In this document: piece by piece, positions 18,937 to 27,447 of the stretch
Layout of the letters: each line of letters opens with the position of its first letter
How positions within the stretch are numbered: position 1 is the stretch's first letter
Source of the DNA: an uncultured Synergistales bacterium
GTDB taxonomy: Bacteria > Synergistota > Synergistia > Synergistales > Aminobacteriaceae
DNA length: 41,078 bases
Assembly (NCBI GenBank): GCA_905236605.1
Contig: CAJORD010000168.1
Location: 1 to 41,078 of the forward strand
Direction: 5' to 3'
Position numbers and translations under genes: made by a program
Notes under the pieces: generated by a model
What the model saw: only the letters and a program-made list of their open reading frames with translations
Told to the model about the DNA's origin: nothing
The model's database searches: none

Positions 18937-19428
18937 ATTTTTAATTACACTAAACAACTTGCGCGCGGGGCTTTAATCGCGGCTCTTTATGCGTCATTGA
19001 CGATCGCTCTTGCGCCAATTTCGTATGGCCCCGTTCAGTTTCGAGTTTCAGAAGCTTTGACGTTGTTGCCTTTTTATTTTCCCGAAGCGATCCCAGGGCT
19101 GACTATCGGCTGCGTGTTTGCAAATTTTTTCGGTGGCTTTGGATTCACGGATATGTTTTTCGGTTCGCTTGCGACGTTGCTGGCGGCGTTCCTCACGATG
19201 AAATCAAAAAATATTTTCGTCGCGGCTCTTTGGCCCGTCCTCTGGAACGCTGTGATTATAGGCGCCGAACTTTATTTTTTAATCGAAGTTCCATTATTGG
19301 CAACGTGCTTTTATGTCGGACTTGGCGAAGCCGGAGCGTGTTATCTTGTCGGCGTGCCGTTAATGAAAATTCTTGAAAAACGTAATATAATTTCAAAGCC
19401 TAGTGCGAAATCAGCGGAAATTGCGTAA
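18937..19428 (+). CDS. queT: QueT-family queuosine-precursor transporter (ECF S component); start uncertain
   Basis: LTIALAPISYGPVQFRVSEALTLLPF is a QueT-like core. QueT-like sequence (ARGALIAALYAS) continues in frame upstream of the TTG at 18997. The only well-placed start is ATT at 18937, 8 nt after AAGGAGAG. Confidence 0.75.
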   Translation: MFNYTKQLARGALIAALYASLTIALAPISYGPVQFRVSEALTLLPFYFPEAIPGLTIGCVFANFFGGFGFTDMFFGSLATLLAAFLTMKSKNIFVAALWPVLWNAVIIGAELYFLIEVPLLATCFYVGLGEAGACYLVGVPLMKILEKRNIISKPSAKSAEIA

Positions 19429-19511
19429 AATTTGCGATTTCTTCATCAAAAATAGAATGCTAGAATGCACTGAAAATTTTTTAGCTTGTTATTTAGGAGG
19501 AATTTTTTATA

Positions 19512-19988
19512 ATGTCATTTAAGAAAATAATGTTACTCGTCATCGCTTTATCATTTGTAATGAGCCTCACGGTAGCCGCTTCAGCCGCTTCGAAGGCCAA
19601 GCCCGCCGCCACACCCGCAGCACAGACAGCCAACGCGGATTCAGTTGGAGTTGTTGACCGCGGAGAAATTCTCAACAATCACCCCGGACTTGCCGCCGCT
19701 CGTCAGAAATTAGCCGACATTGCGCGACAGAAAGAAAACGAAGCCAAGGCCGCAGCCGATAAAGAAACAGACACAGCGAAAAAAGCTCAAGCTGTTCAGG
19801 CCAAGCGCATGGAGCTTGCTCAAGAAGAACAAAAATTAATGGCTCCGATTTATCGTGATTGTGAACAGGCCGTCCGCGAAGTCGCCGTGAAGAAAAAATT
19901 AACGCTCGTTCTTGATAAATTTGTAGTTTTAATCGGTGGCGTTGACATTACTCAAGACGTTATACAGCAGCTCTCAAGAAAGAAATAA
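19512..19988 (+). CDS. skp: OmpH/Skp-family periplasmic chaperone
   Basis: Signal peptide (VAASAAS) followed by a Lys/Glu/Ala-rich helical region, with an overall Skp-like layout. 158 aa. Confidence 0.7.
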   Translation: MSFKKIMLLVIALSFVMSLTVAASAASKAKPAATPAAQTANADSVGVVDRGEILNNHPGLAAARQKLADIARQKENEAKAAADKETDTAKKAQAVQAKRMELAQEEQKLMAPIYRDCEQAVREVAVKKKLTLVLDKFVVLIGGVDITQDVIQQLSRKK

Positions 19989-20015
19989 AAGTTTTAATTT
20001 AGAATTTTTGTATTC

Positions 20016-21224
20016 ATGCGTAAAATTTTTGCGTTTGTCGTAATTTTTTTATGCTTGTTCAATCTTCAAGAGGCGTTCTGCGCCCAGTTAAGTCCGCAAA
20101 TTCATCATGACTGGGTGTGGAACGTCTTAATCGTACCTCCGTCGAGTGGTTGGGAGACTGAACCGGGAAAATCTATTCGTACGGCGTTGACGTGGTGCGA
20201 GCGCGAAATTTCTGAAAGTAGTTCGGGAATCGGCGGGCACGACGTTAAATTTATTTTTTTAGACAATCCCGAAGGCAGTGAGCTTCCGGCACGCGACATA
20301 AAATTTAATTTAGACCCTCATACAGTGGCAGTGATGAGTTTCACAATGTCTTCGGAGGCCGACAGAATTTTAGTATCGAGATTCGCGGGGCTAAATATCC
20401 CGCTTATGCTTGCGGGCGGCGAAGACGTTTTAATAGACCGCGGCGGCCGACCGATTAGCAATATCTTTGCCCTGGAACTTTATCGCGATTACAGGTGCGC
20501 GGCGTTCTCTCAATATGCTGCGAAAATTTTCGACAAAGAAAAAAGAATCGCGCTTGCAGCGGCACGTTTCACGATTAATCAAGAACGCGAGGCAAAAATT
20601 TGTTACAACATGCTCGATCATGAGGGCTTTATGCCTATGCCATATTGGGCCGATGCTTCAGTTCGTGATTCGTACGCTATGATGTCTGAAGAAATTGAAA
20701 GTTTTGAAGGCGAAAAAGCGGGCGTGGTGATTTCGTTCATGGGCAGCATGGGCGCGCGAGAGATTTGGCGAAATTTCATGAGGCTTAGAACTACTTGGCA
20801 ATTATGGAATTGTGCCGAGCCTGAAAAAATTTATCTTTCGTGCCGCGGAATGATTTTTGCGGATCAAAATATTATGTTGTCATCGCTAGGCGGCTTCATT
20901 GAAACAAAGCGAATGTTGTGGCGCACGCGCGCTATGCAGATTGAAGACAATGTCGCTGCAGGGCGTGCCGTTGCTCTTTACGAATGGTTCAAACGCGCTG
21001 TCGCTCTTATGCCGCAACCCGTCGATGACATGCCGCAAAACGCCTTATTAAATAATCTTGCCAGAACTCAATCTATTCCGTTTGGAAATCAGATTCTAAA
21101 TATTAATCCGGCTCTTCACAGACCGGACTCGCGCAACGTTTTCATAGTTGAAGTTCGTAATCGAAATTTTTACGAACTCGATACTGTGAACGTTCGTGGC
21201 CTTACCTACGTTCCGGGATATTAA
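20016..21224 (+). CDS. Secreted protein with a divergent type-I periplasmic-binding-protein (LivJ/K-like) pattern
   Basis: Signal peptide. Spacing resembles Peripla_BP_6 (SSGIGGHDVKFIFLDNPEG ... AVMSF ... IPLMLAGG). No ABC permease or ATPase genes nearby. Confidence 0.4.
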   Translation: MRKIFAFVVIFLCLFNLQEAFCAQLSPQIHHDWVWNVLIVPPSSGWETEPGKSIRTALTWCEREISESSSGIGGHDVKFIFLDNPEGSELPARDIKFNLDPHTVAVMSFTMSSEADRILVSRFAGLNIPLMLAGGEDVLIDRGGRPISNIFALELYRDYRCAAFSQYAAKIFDKEKRIALAAARFTINQEREAKICYNMLDHEGFMPMPYWADASVRDSYAMMSEEIESFEGEKAGVVISFMGSMGAREIWRNFMRLRTTWQLWNCAEPEKIYLSCRGMIFADQNIMLSSLGGFIETKRMLWRTRAMQIEDNVAAGRAVALYEWFKRAVALMPQPVDDMPQNALLNNLARTQSIPFGNQILNINPALHRPDSRNVFIVEVRNRNFYELDTVNVRGLTYVPGY

Positions 21225-21228
21225 AAAA

Positions 21229-21252
21229 CTTCTGGACAAATTTGTCCAGAAG
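21229..21252. terminator. Perfect 24-nt palindrome, bidirectional terminator between convergent genes
   Basis: CTTCTGGACAAATTTGTCCAGAAG is flanked by an A-run upstream and T-rich sequence downstream. Confidence 0.6.
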
Positions 21253-21278
21253 TTAAAAATTAAAAATTATTTTTTATT

Positions 21279-22151
21279 TTATTTGTCTCGGTCCGAACGT
21301 CTTGGTCTTCGCCTACGTCCCTCGTTTGATGGTCGCCTAATCGGTTGCGAAACCACCCTTTCACGTCTAGCACGAATTCGCATTGTAGCGGGGCCGGCTT
21401 CACCATCGCGATTGGGGTCATACTTTGGCATAATCACGACTTTTCTAAAAGGCGCTTCGCCTACAGATTCGGTGGTAATATCATCTCTGTCCTTCAAAGT
21501 TGTGTGAATCACCCATCGTTCCCAACTTGCCATCGGTTCAAGCCTGACGGGACGGCCATATTTTGTAGCTTGTCGCGCTGTCGCTTCTGCAAGACGCTCA
21601 AGGCTCTTCGTTCTTCGATCTCGATAACCGCAGCTATCAACTTTAATTCGCGGCTCAAATTTTGGATCTCGCAAAGAAAGATTCACAAGATATTCCATAC
21701 TTCGCAATGCGTCGCCATAACGTCCGACAACATAATCAGAAGCATCTTCGCCCTGAACGTCGAGAGTATTTTTAGCGTTCTCTGAAATAACGGCTTCGGC
21801 TTTGAAGTCCATTAATTTCAAAGTTTCGTTGAGAAAATCCGCGCCATTCGCAAGCAATTTTGTAGCTAACGTCTGTTTCGCGGATTGTTTTTCTTCGCTC
21901 GAAGCTTTCGCTGCGTTAGCTTTAATCTCTTTTTCCACGGCCGCAGTAGAATTTTCTGTTTTCGTTTCTGTTTTAGGAACGGTAATTTCGATTTTTAAAG
22001 TCTTTCCGCCAAGTCCAAGAAAGCCTTTCCGTTCCTCACTGACGATCTGCGCTTGAAGTTTCTCCGAAGGTATCTGCCAACGTTTAGAAATATCAGCAAG
22101 CGCTTCTTCGACGCTCGAAGCCTCGACCGTAATTTTTTGTTCGTAAATCAA
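21279..22151 (-). CDS. khpB: Jag/KhpB RNA-binding protein (Jag_N + KH + R3H) with an Arg-rich C-terminal extension
   Basis: Domain order read from the sequence. It is downstream of yidC, as in the conserved rnpA-yidD-yidC-jag cluster. TTG start. Confidence 0.85.
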   Translation of the reverse strand: MIYEQKITVEASSVEEALADISKRWQIPSEKLQAQIVSEERKGFLGLGGKTLKIEITVPKTETKTENSTAAVEKEIKANAAKASSEEKQSAKQTLATKLLANGADFLNETLKLMDFKAEAVISENAKNTLDVQGEDASDYVVGRYGDALRSMEYLVNLSLRDPKFEPRIKVDSCGYRDRRTKSLERLAEATARQATKYGRPVRLEPMASWERWVIHTTLKDRDDITTESVGEAPFRKVVIMPKYDPNRDGEAGPATMRIRARRERVVSQPIRRPSNEGRRRRPRRSDRDK

Positions 22152-22194
22152 TTTATAAATTTCACCTCTGAATTTAGCGTGAGAAATTCTTTCC

Positions 22195-23028
22195 TCACTG
22201 CTGCTTTTTGGGTTTCTCCTGATATAAAACAGGCTTAGTTTTCATTTCCTCGCTTGTCTTTCGAGAAACTCGAACTTGATGAATTATACCCATTAGCGAC
22301 GATATGCCCCAATATAAGAGCACTCCCCCTGGAAGTCCGAAGCATATGAACGTCAAGAAAAGCGGCATAAACCACGACATCATAGCCATTTGCGGATTTC
22401 CTGCGCTCGTCAAGTGCTGTTGATACCACGTGAGCCACGCGATTAAAATCAGCAAGATAAAATTAAAAATCCACATTCCGATATTTGAGAACAAAAGTCC
22501 CAAGTTCGTGAACGATGAAAAGAACACCATCACAAATCCTAATTGCTCATTCGGGATTCTTACGCCGGCTTCGTCAACAAGATTTAGCGCGTCAGCAACG
22601 GTCGTTAAGACACTGCCGCCAAGATTGACGCCCAAGAAAGTAACGTCAGTGAAGTCAGCGCGTTTAGTTAAGTCATAGAGAACGCCGTAAAGCAAAATGA
22701 AAATCGGCAACTGAATTAATAATGGAAGACAGCCGCTCGCCGGATTAACTTTGTTCTCTTTATACAACGCCTGCATCTCGCGATTCAAAGTTTCTTGATC
22801 GTCGGCGTACTTGTCCTGCAAGACTTTCATCATAGGCTGAAGCTTCTGCATCTTTTGCATACTGACCATCTGTTTTTGCGTCAGCGGGTGCATAGCGGCA
22901 CGAACGAGTAGCGTTAAAACTATTATTGCAAGTCCCCACGCGAAGTTGCTTCCGATTCCGATACCTGTCATCGAGTTATGAATAAGTTCAAGCAGAGCGC
23001 GCAGGAGAGATTTAGCCTGTTCCCACAT
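22195..23028 (-). CDS. yidC: Membrane protein insertase YidC (short Oxa1-type form)
   Basis: PLTQKQ...MQKLQP...KYADDQ...LYKENKVNPASGCLPLLIQLPIF. 277 aa. Confidence 0.9.
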   Translation of the reverse strand: MWEQAKSLLRALLELIHNSMTGIGIGSNFAWGLAIIVLTLLVRAAMHPLTQKQMVSMQKMQKLQPMMKVLQDKYADDQETLNREMQALYKENKVNPASGCLPLLIQLPIFILLYGVLYDLTKRADFTDVTFLGVNLGGSVLTTVADALNLVDEAGVRIPNEQLGFVMVFFSSFTNLGLLFSNIGMWIFNFILLILIAWLTWYQQHLTSAGNPQMAMMSWFMPLFLTFICFGLPGGVLLYWGISSLMGIIHQVRVSRKTSEEMKTKPVLYQEKPKKQQ

Positions 23029-23045
23029 ATTTTTATTTTCACCTC

Positions 23046-23267
23046 TTAAGATTTTTTTGGCGGAGGGTCATAGCCGCCAGGATTCCACGGCCCGCATTTT
23101 AAAATTCGTTTGAACGTCAGCCAAGAGCCGCGAAAAAATCCCCAGTCGCGATAAACTTGCAAAGCGTAATTTGAACAAGTGGGATAAAAGCGGCAGTTTT
23201 TGCCAAGATACGGCGAAATTAAAAGCTGATACATTCGGATTAAAATCACTGCGAGGCGGGAAAGCAT
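23046..23267 (-). CDS. yidD: Membrane protein insertion efficiency factor YidD
   Basis: ISPYLGKNCRFYPTCSNYA motif. 73 aa. Confidence 0.9.
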   Translation of the reverse strand: MLSRLAVILIRMYQLLISPYLGKNCRFYPTCSNYALQVYRDWGFFRGSWLTFKRILKCGPWNPGGYDPPPKKS

Positions 23268-23269
23268 GA

Positions 23270-23617
23270 TTAGATTTTTTGCGCTGCAAATAATTTTTTG
23301 CGTCTGAATAATTTTTCAAGCTCTTTTGCGATGTCCTGAGTTTTAGCGTCAAGGCCGTCTTCTTTTAACGTCAGGACTATGCGAAGACCGGGAATTAATT
23401 TTTTTTCAAACTGAACGAAAGCCGCACGAAGGATTCTTCTGCCTCTGTTGCGAACGTGCGCTTTTCCTAAACGTTTCCCGACTGCGCAACCAAATTTTAT
23501 GTCGGGGGCGTCTTCTTTCAAATACAATAACCGCACCAGATCCCCGTTTATACGAACACCGGTGCGGAATATTAAATCAAATTCCCAGCCTTTCCGAAGC
23601 CTGATAATATCAGACAC
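23270..23617 (-). CDS. rnpA: Ribonuclease P protein component
   Basis: Basic 115-aa protein in the rpmH-rnpA-yidD position. The GTG start overlaps the rpmH stop. Confidence 0.9.
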   Translation of the reverse strand: MSDIIRLRKGWEFDLIFRTGVRINGDLVRLLYLKEDAPDIKFGCAVGKRLGKAHVRNRGRRILRAAFVQFEKKLIPGLRIVLTLKEDGLDAKTQDIAKELEKLFRRKKLFAAQKI

Positions 23618-23750
23618 GAGTGAGGCACTTGCGTCCTTTGCGTCTTCTGTTGCGAAGAACTTTGCGTCCCGACGGTGAAGCCGAACGGGCTAAGAATCCT
23701 ATCTTGCGTTTTCTGGGTAACACATGGGGCTGAAACGTTCCCTTTTTCAT
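23610..23750 (-). CDS. rpmH: 50S ribosomal protein L34 (absent from the ORF track because it is under 60 aa)
   Basis: My translation of the minus strand is [46 protein letters not shown]. This matches the L34 consensus (FQP...RKR.HGF..R..T..GR.VL..RR.KGRK.L). Confidence 0.9.
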   Translation of the reverse strand: MKKGTFQPHVLPRKRKIGFLARSASPSGRKVLRNRRRKGRKCLTRV

Positions 23751-23881
23751 TTGTGTGAAGATACTCCTCTCTCAATAATTCTAAAATAAATAACGCGAGG
23801 GAATTATAACACACTTACATATAGAGAAATATTAAAGTTTTGTTTATAATCTAAAAAAAATTTTTAATAAAAAATTAGGAG

Positions 23882-24157
23882 ATGCGATTTTTGGATTACG
23901 CAAAAGAATTTTTAAGGCTTCACGAAAAATGGAAAGGTAAAATTGAAGTCGCCGCCGTGCCAGTAGCAACAAAAGAAAATCTTTCACTCGCTTACACGCC
24001 CGGCGTTGCTGAACCGTGGCCGGTGATTATTAGTAAAAGTTACGAACTTACGCGCCGTCATAATCTTTGTCTCGTTGTAACAGACGGCAGCGCGCTCTTA
24101 GGACTTGGAGATATTGGCCCCGAAGCCCCAATAAAAACCGGTGTAACACGAATATAA
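23882..24157 (+). pseudogene. N-terminal remnant (about 85 aa) of an NAD(P)-dependent malic enzyme
   Basis: LHEKWKGKIEV...LSLAYTPGVAEP...VVTDGSALLGLGDIGPEA matches the malic-enzyme N-terminus. It then diverges and stops where ALPVMEGKA would follow. The remaining ~300 aa are absent. Confidence 0.75.
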
Positions 24158-24164
24158 ATACAAG

Positions 24165-25238
24165 ATGGACATTCTAAAATTTGAATCTGTGGCACTTGAT
24201 GAAGATAAAAATTTGTTGCGACTGCTTGACCAAACGAAATTGCCCTGCGAGATTGAATTTCTTGAATTACAAGATATTCATGATATTTGGAACGCAATTT
24301 ACAAATTACAAGTTCGAGGAGCTCCTGCGATTGGTATAGCGGCGGCATTTGGTTTATATCTTACAGCATTAAACATAGATGTCAACGACTTCGAAAGCTT
24401 TTTTAAAAGATTTCATGCTACTAAAGAATACTTAAATTCGGCGCGTCCGACTGCTGTAAATTTGTCGTGGGCTTTGAACAGAATGGAGAAAATCGCCCTT
24501 GATAACCGTGAAATCGAAGTTTCTAAAATTAAAACGCTGCTCAGAAACGAGGCAATCAAAATCAAAGATGAAGATACTCAAATGTGCCGCAAAATTGGTG
24601 AATTAGGATTGACTTTGATTAAAGATGGCGACGGAATTTTAACTCATTGCAACGCCGGACAACTTGCAACTTCAAAATATGGAACTGCATTAGCACCGCT
24701 TCATTTAGGCCGTGAACGCGGTATGAATTTTCATGTTTATTGCGACGAAACAAGACCACTACTTCAAGGGGCACGGCTTTCAACGTTTGAACTAATTGCT
24801 GATGGTGTAGATACAACTTTAATTTGCGATAATATGGCTTCGCAAGTTATGAAAAATGGTTGGGTCAATGCTGTTTTCGTGGGAGCAGACAGGATAGCCG
24901 CTAACGGCGATTCGTGTAACAAGATTGGAACTTCAGGACTTGCAATTTTAGCACAATATTACAAAATTCCGTTTTATGTTTTTGCACCGACGTCTTCAAT
25001 CGACATGAACATAAGAAACGGCGCAGATATAACTATTGAGGAGCGTCCATCTGAAGAAATTACAGAAATGTGGTACAAAAAAAGAATGGCTCCTGAAAAA
25101 GTTAAAGTGTATAATCCAGCCTTTGATGTTGTAAGTAATGAATTAATCGCCGGGATCGTTACAGAATGCGGAATAGCGCGGCCTCCATATTCAGAAAGTT
25201 TGTGCGAAATCTTCGAGAGGAAAAATACAAATGGATAA
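24165..25238 (+). CDS. mtnA: S-methyl-5-thioribose-1-phosphate isomerase (eIF-2B alpha/beta/delta family)
   Basis: LRLLDQTKLP...VRGAPAIGIAAAFG N-terminus and the CNAG...GTALAP region. Confidence 0.85.
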   Translation: MDILKFESVALDEDKNLLRLLDQTKLPCEIEFLELQDIHDIWNAIYKLQVRGAPAIGIAAAFGLYLTALNIDVNDFESFFKRFHATKEYLNSARPTAVNLSWALNRMEKIALDNREIEVSKIKTLLRNEAIKIKDEDTQMCRKIGELGLTLIKDGDGILTHCNAGQLATSKYGTALAPLHLGRERGMNFHVYCDETRPLLQGARLSTFELIADGVDTTLICDNMASQVMKNGWVNAVFVGADRIAANGDSCNKIGTSGLAILAQYYKIPFYVFAPTSSIDMNIRNGADITIEERPSEEITEMWYKKRMAPEKVKVYNPAFDVVSNELIAGIVTECGIARPPYSESLCEIFERKNTNG

Positions 25239-27447
25239 ACTTCAATGTGAGGTCGAGCGTATAACTTTTAGAAACGATGACGACGGTTATTCTGTCCTTA
25301 AATGCAGTTCTGATGACTTTTTTAACATTATAACTGTAGTCGGATATATGCCAGATGTTGAGATCGGAGAAACTTTTAATTTTTATGGAAGATGGGGGAA
25401 TCACCCAAAATATGGTAAACAATTTATTTTTGAAAAATATGAGGAATTACTCCCCACAACACTTGACGGAATAAAAAAATATCTTGGCGGCGGACGTATA
25501 AAAGGCATTAGAGAATCTTACGCAGAAAAAATTGTGGATCATTTTGGTGAGAAAACGCTTGAAATCCTTGATAACGCCCCTGATCGACTATCTGAAATTC
25601 ATGGAATTGGTGTAAAAAAACTTGCAATGATTAAAGAAAGTTGGAACGCTAACAGAGAAATTAATAGAATCATGGTAGCGCTTCAAAGTTATGATGTTAC
25701 AACGAATTTAGCGACAAAGATTTACAATTATTATGGCCCTGATTCCATTTCTGTTGTTAGTTCTAATCCATACAAATTGGCCGATGATATTTGGGGAGTT
25801 GGATTCAAAAAAGCTGACCAAATAGCCATGAAAATGGGCTTCAAACTTGAAAACTATGAGCGAATTAGGAGCGGAATTTTATACACTCTAAACAAATATT
25901 CCAATGATGAAGGGCACTGTTTTGCTATTCGTTTTGACTTAATAAAAGACGCCTCGGAATTGTTGGGTGTAAATTCTTCATTCGTCGAAGATGCTTTAGA
26001 AAAAATGACTAAACAACGCGATTTAATCCGCGAACGTTTGGCCGGCGAAGATGAAAATCAAAGTGGCAGCGCGTACTATCTTCCAATGTACTATTATTCA
26101 GAAGTTGGAACAGCTAATCGCTTGCTTAGACTTTTAGAGTCTGAACGTAACGGCTATTTTGAAGGCATTAGGATAAATGAATGGATTATGACTGATGAAA
26201 AGCCAATCCATTACGATACAATACAACTTCAAGCTATACAAGCAGCTATTGATAATAAAGTTTTGGTATTAACAGGCGGCCCCGGTACAGGAAAAACCAC
26301 CACAACTAAAGGCATAATCAACGCTTACAGAGAGATAGGCGCGAAAATTTTACTTGCAGCACCAACAGGAAGAGCAGCTAAACGAATGTCCGAAGTTACA
26401 GGTATGAAAGCAAAAACGATTCATAGACTTCTTGAAGCCGTGCCGCCAGCTGGTTTTAATAAAAATGAAGACAATCCTTTGAAAGGCGATGTATTGATCG
26501 TTGATGAATGTTCTATGATTGACATTTTATTGATGAACAGCCTATTGAAGGCAATTCCGCCTAACATGACGCTTATACTAGTTGGCGATGTTGATCAGCT
26601 TCCAAGCGTAGGAGCGGGGAAAGTTCTTGCTGATGTTCTTAGCTCTGGAGCAGTTCCATACATAAAACTTAATAGAATTTTTCGTCAAGCTCAATCCAGC
26701 TTAATTGTAAGAAACGCTCACAGAATTAACAACGGTGGATATTTGGAACTTCCTGATAATAATTCGGATTTTATTTTTCTCGATAACGATGACGCCGAGA
26801 AAGCAGCGCTTCAGATTGTCGAACTTTGTTCAAAAATTTTACCTCGCGACAATACAATCTCGCCTGACGATATACAAGTTCTTACGCCTATGAGGCGCGG
26901 GCCTATTGGTACAGAGACACTAAATAAAATGCTTCAAAATGCCTTAAATCCTAATGGTCTTGCGTTGAAACATGGTTTTACTGAATACCGCGTTAATGAT
27001 AAAGTAATGCAAATTCGCAACAATTATGAAAAAGGTGTATTTAATGGCGACATTGGATTTATCACCGCAATAGACAAAGAAACTCTTGATGTAACCGTGG
27101 AATTTGACGACGAGAAATTTGTAAAATATAACTCTATCGATCTTGATGAGATTGTATTAGCTTATGCAACTACTATTCATAAATCACAAGGCAGCGAGTT
27201 CCCTTACGTCGTCATGCCGATTATGATGTCGCATTTCATAATGTTGCAAAGAAATCTTTTATACACCGGCGTAACAAGAGCTAAGAAGGGATTAATTATA
27301 ATTGGCGAGAAGCGAGCACTGTTTTACGCTGTAAAAAATAACAAAATTATACAACGGAATACAATGCTTGCCGCTAGATTGCAAAAAGACTCGACAAATT
27401 TATTTTCAAAACCTTCTCCGCAAAGTGAGTTTTCTCATTTGTCGTAG
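25231..27447 (+). CDS. recD2: RecD2-type SF1B ATP-dependent DNA helicase
   Basis: Walker A GGPGTGKTT, Walker B IVDECSMID, LVGDVDQLPSVG, C-terminal ATTIHKSQGSEF. The N-terminal region is RecD2-like. Confidence 0.9.
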   Translation: MDKLQCEVERITFRNDDDGYSVLKCSSDDFFNIITVVGYMPDVEIGETFNFYGRWGNHPKYGKQFIFEKYEELLPTTLDGIKKYLGGGRIKGIRESYAEKIVDHFGEKTLEILDNAPDRLSEIHGIGVKKLAMIKESWNANREINRIMVALQSYDVTTNLATKIYNYYGPDSISVVSSNPYKLADDIWGVGFKKADQIAMKMGFKLENYERIRSGILYTLNKYSNDEGHCFAIRFDLIKDASELLGVNSSFVEDALEKMTKQRDLIRERLAGEDENQSGSAYYLPMYYYSEVGTANRLLRLLESERNGYFEGIRINEWIMTDEKPIHYDTIQLQAIQAAIDNKVLVLTGGPGTGKTTTTKGIINAYREIGAKILLAAPTGRAAKRMSEVTGMKAKTIHRLLEAVPPAGFNKNEDNPLKGDVLIVDECSMIDILLMNSLLKAIPPNMTLILVGDVDQLPSVGAGKVLADVLSSGAVPYIKLNRIFRQAQSSLIVRNAHRINNGGYLELPDNNSDFIFLDNDDAEKAALQIVELCSKILPRDNTISPDDIQVLTPMRRGPIGTETLNKMLQNALNPNGLALKHGFTEYRVNDKVMQIRNNYEKGVFNGDIGFITAIDKETLDVTVEFDDEKFVKYNSIDLDEIVLAYATTIHKSQGSEFPYVVMPIMMSHFIMLQRNLLYTGVTRAKKGLIIIGEKRALFYAVKNNKIIQRNTMLAARLQKDSTNLFSKPSPQSEFSHLS

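Noticed and set aside
19453-19468. Tandem 8-mer TAGAATGC TAGAATGC upstream of skp, each carrying a -10-like TAGAAT.
   Set aside because: It is too short to distinguish from chance in AT-rich intergenic DNA. At most it represents alternative -10 elements for skp, and there is no further evidence.
23068-23814. ORFs 23068-23352 (-), 23448-23678 (+) and 23572-23814 (-).
   Set aside because: These are frame shadows of yidD, rnpA and rpmH. The real small gene here is L34 (23610-23750), in a different frame from the 80-aa ORF.
23751-23881. Possible oriC or DnaA-box cluster, since rpmH-rnpA often neighbours dnaA/oriC.
   Set aside because: No dnaA gene is present and there is no convincing TTATCCACA-like 9-mer. 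Only loose matches such as TTATAAACA and TTATAACAC occur. The 131-nt AT-rich region is adequately explained as the rpmH promoter (TGTTATAAT on the minus strand).
24058-24348. 96-aa minus-strand ORF spanning the malic-enzyme stub / mtnA junction.
   Set aside because: It is antisense to two recognisable coding segments and has no SD or motif. It is probably spurious.
27435-27447. 13-nt overlap of the convergent recD2 and oxidoreductase 3' ends, with no terminator.
   Set aside because: Short convergent overlaps are common in compact genomes. No additional structure or signal is visible.
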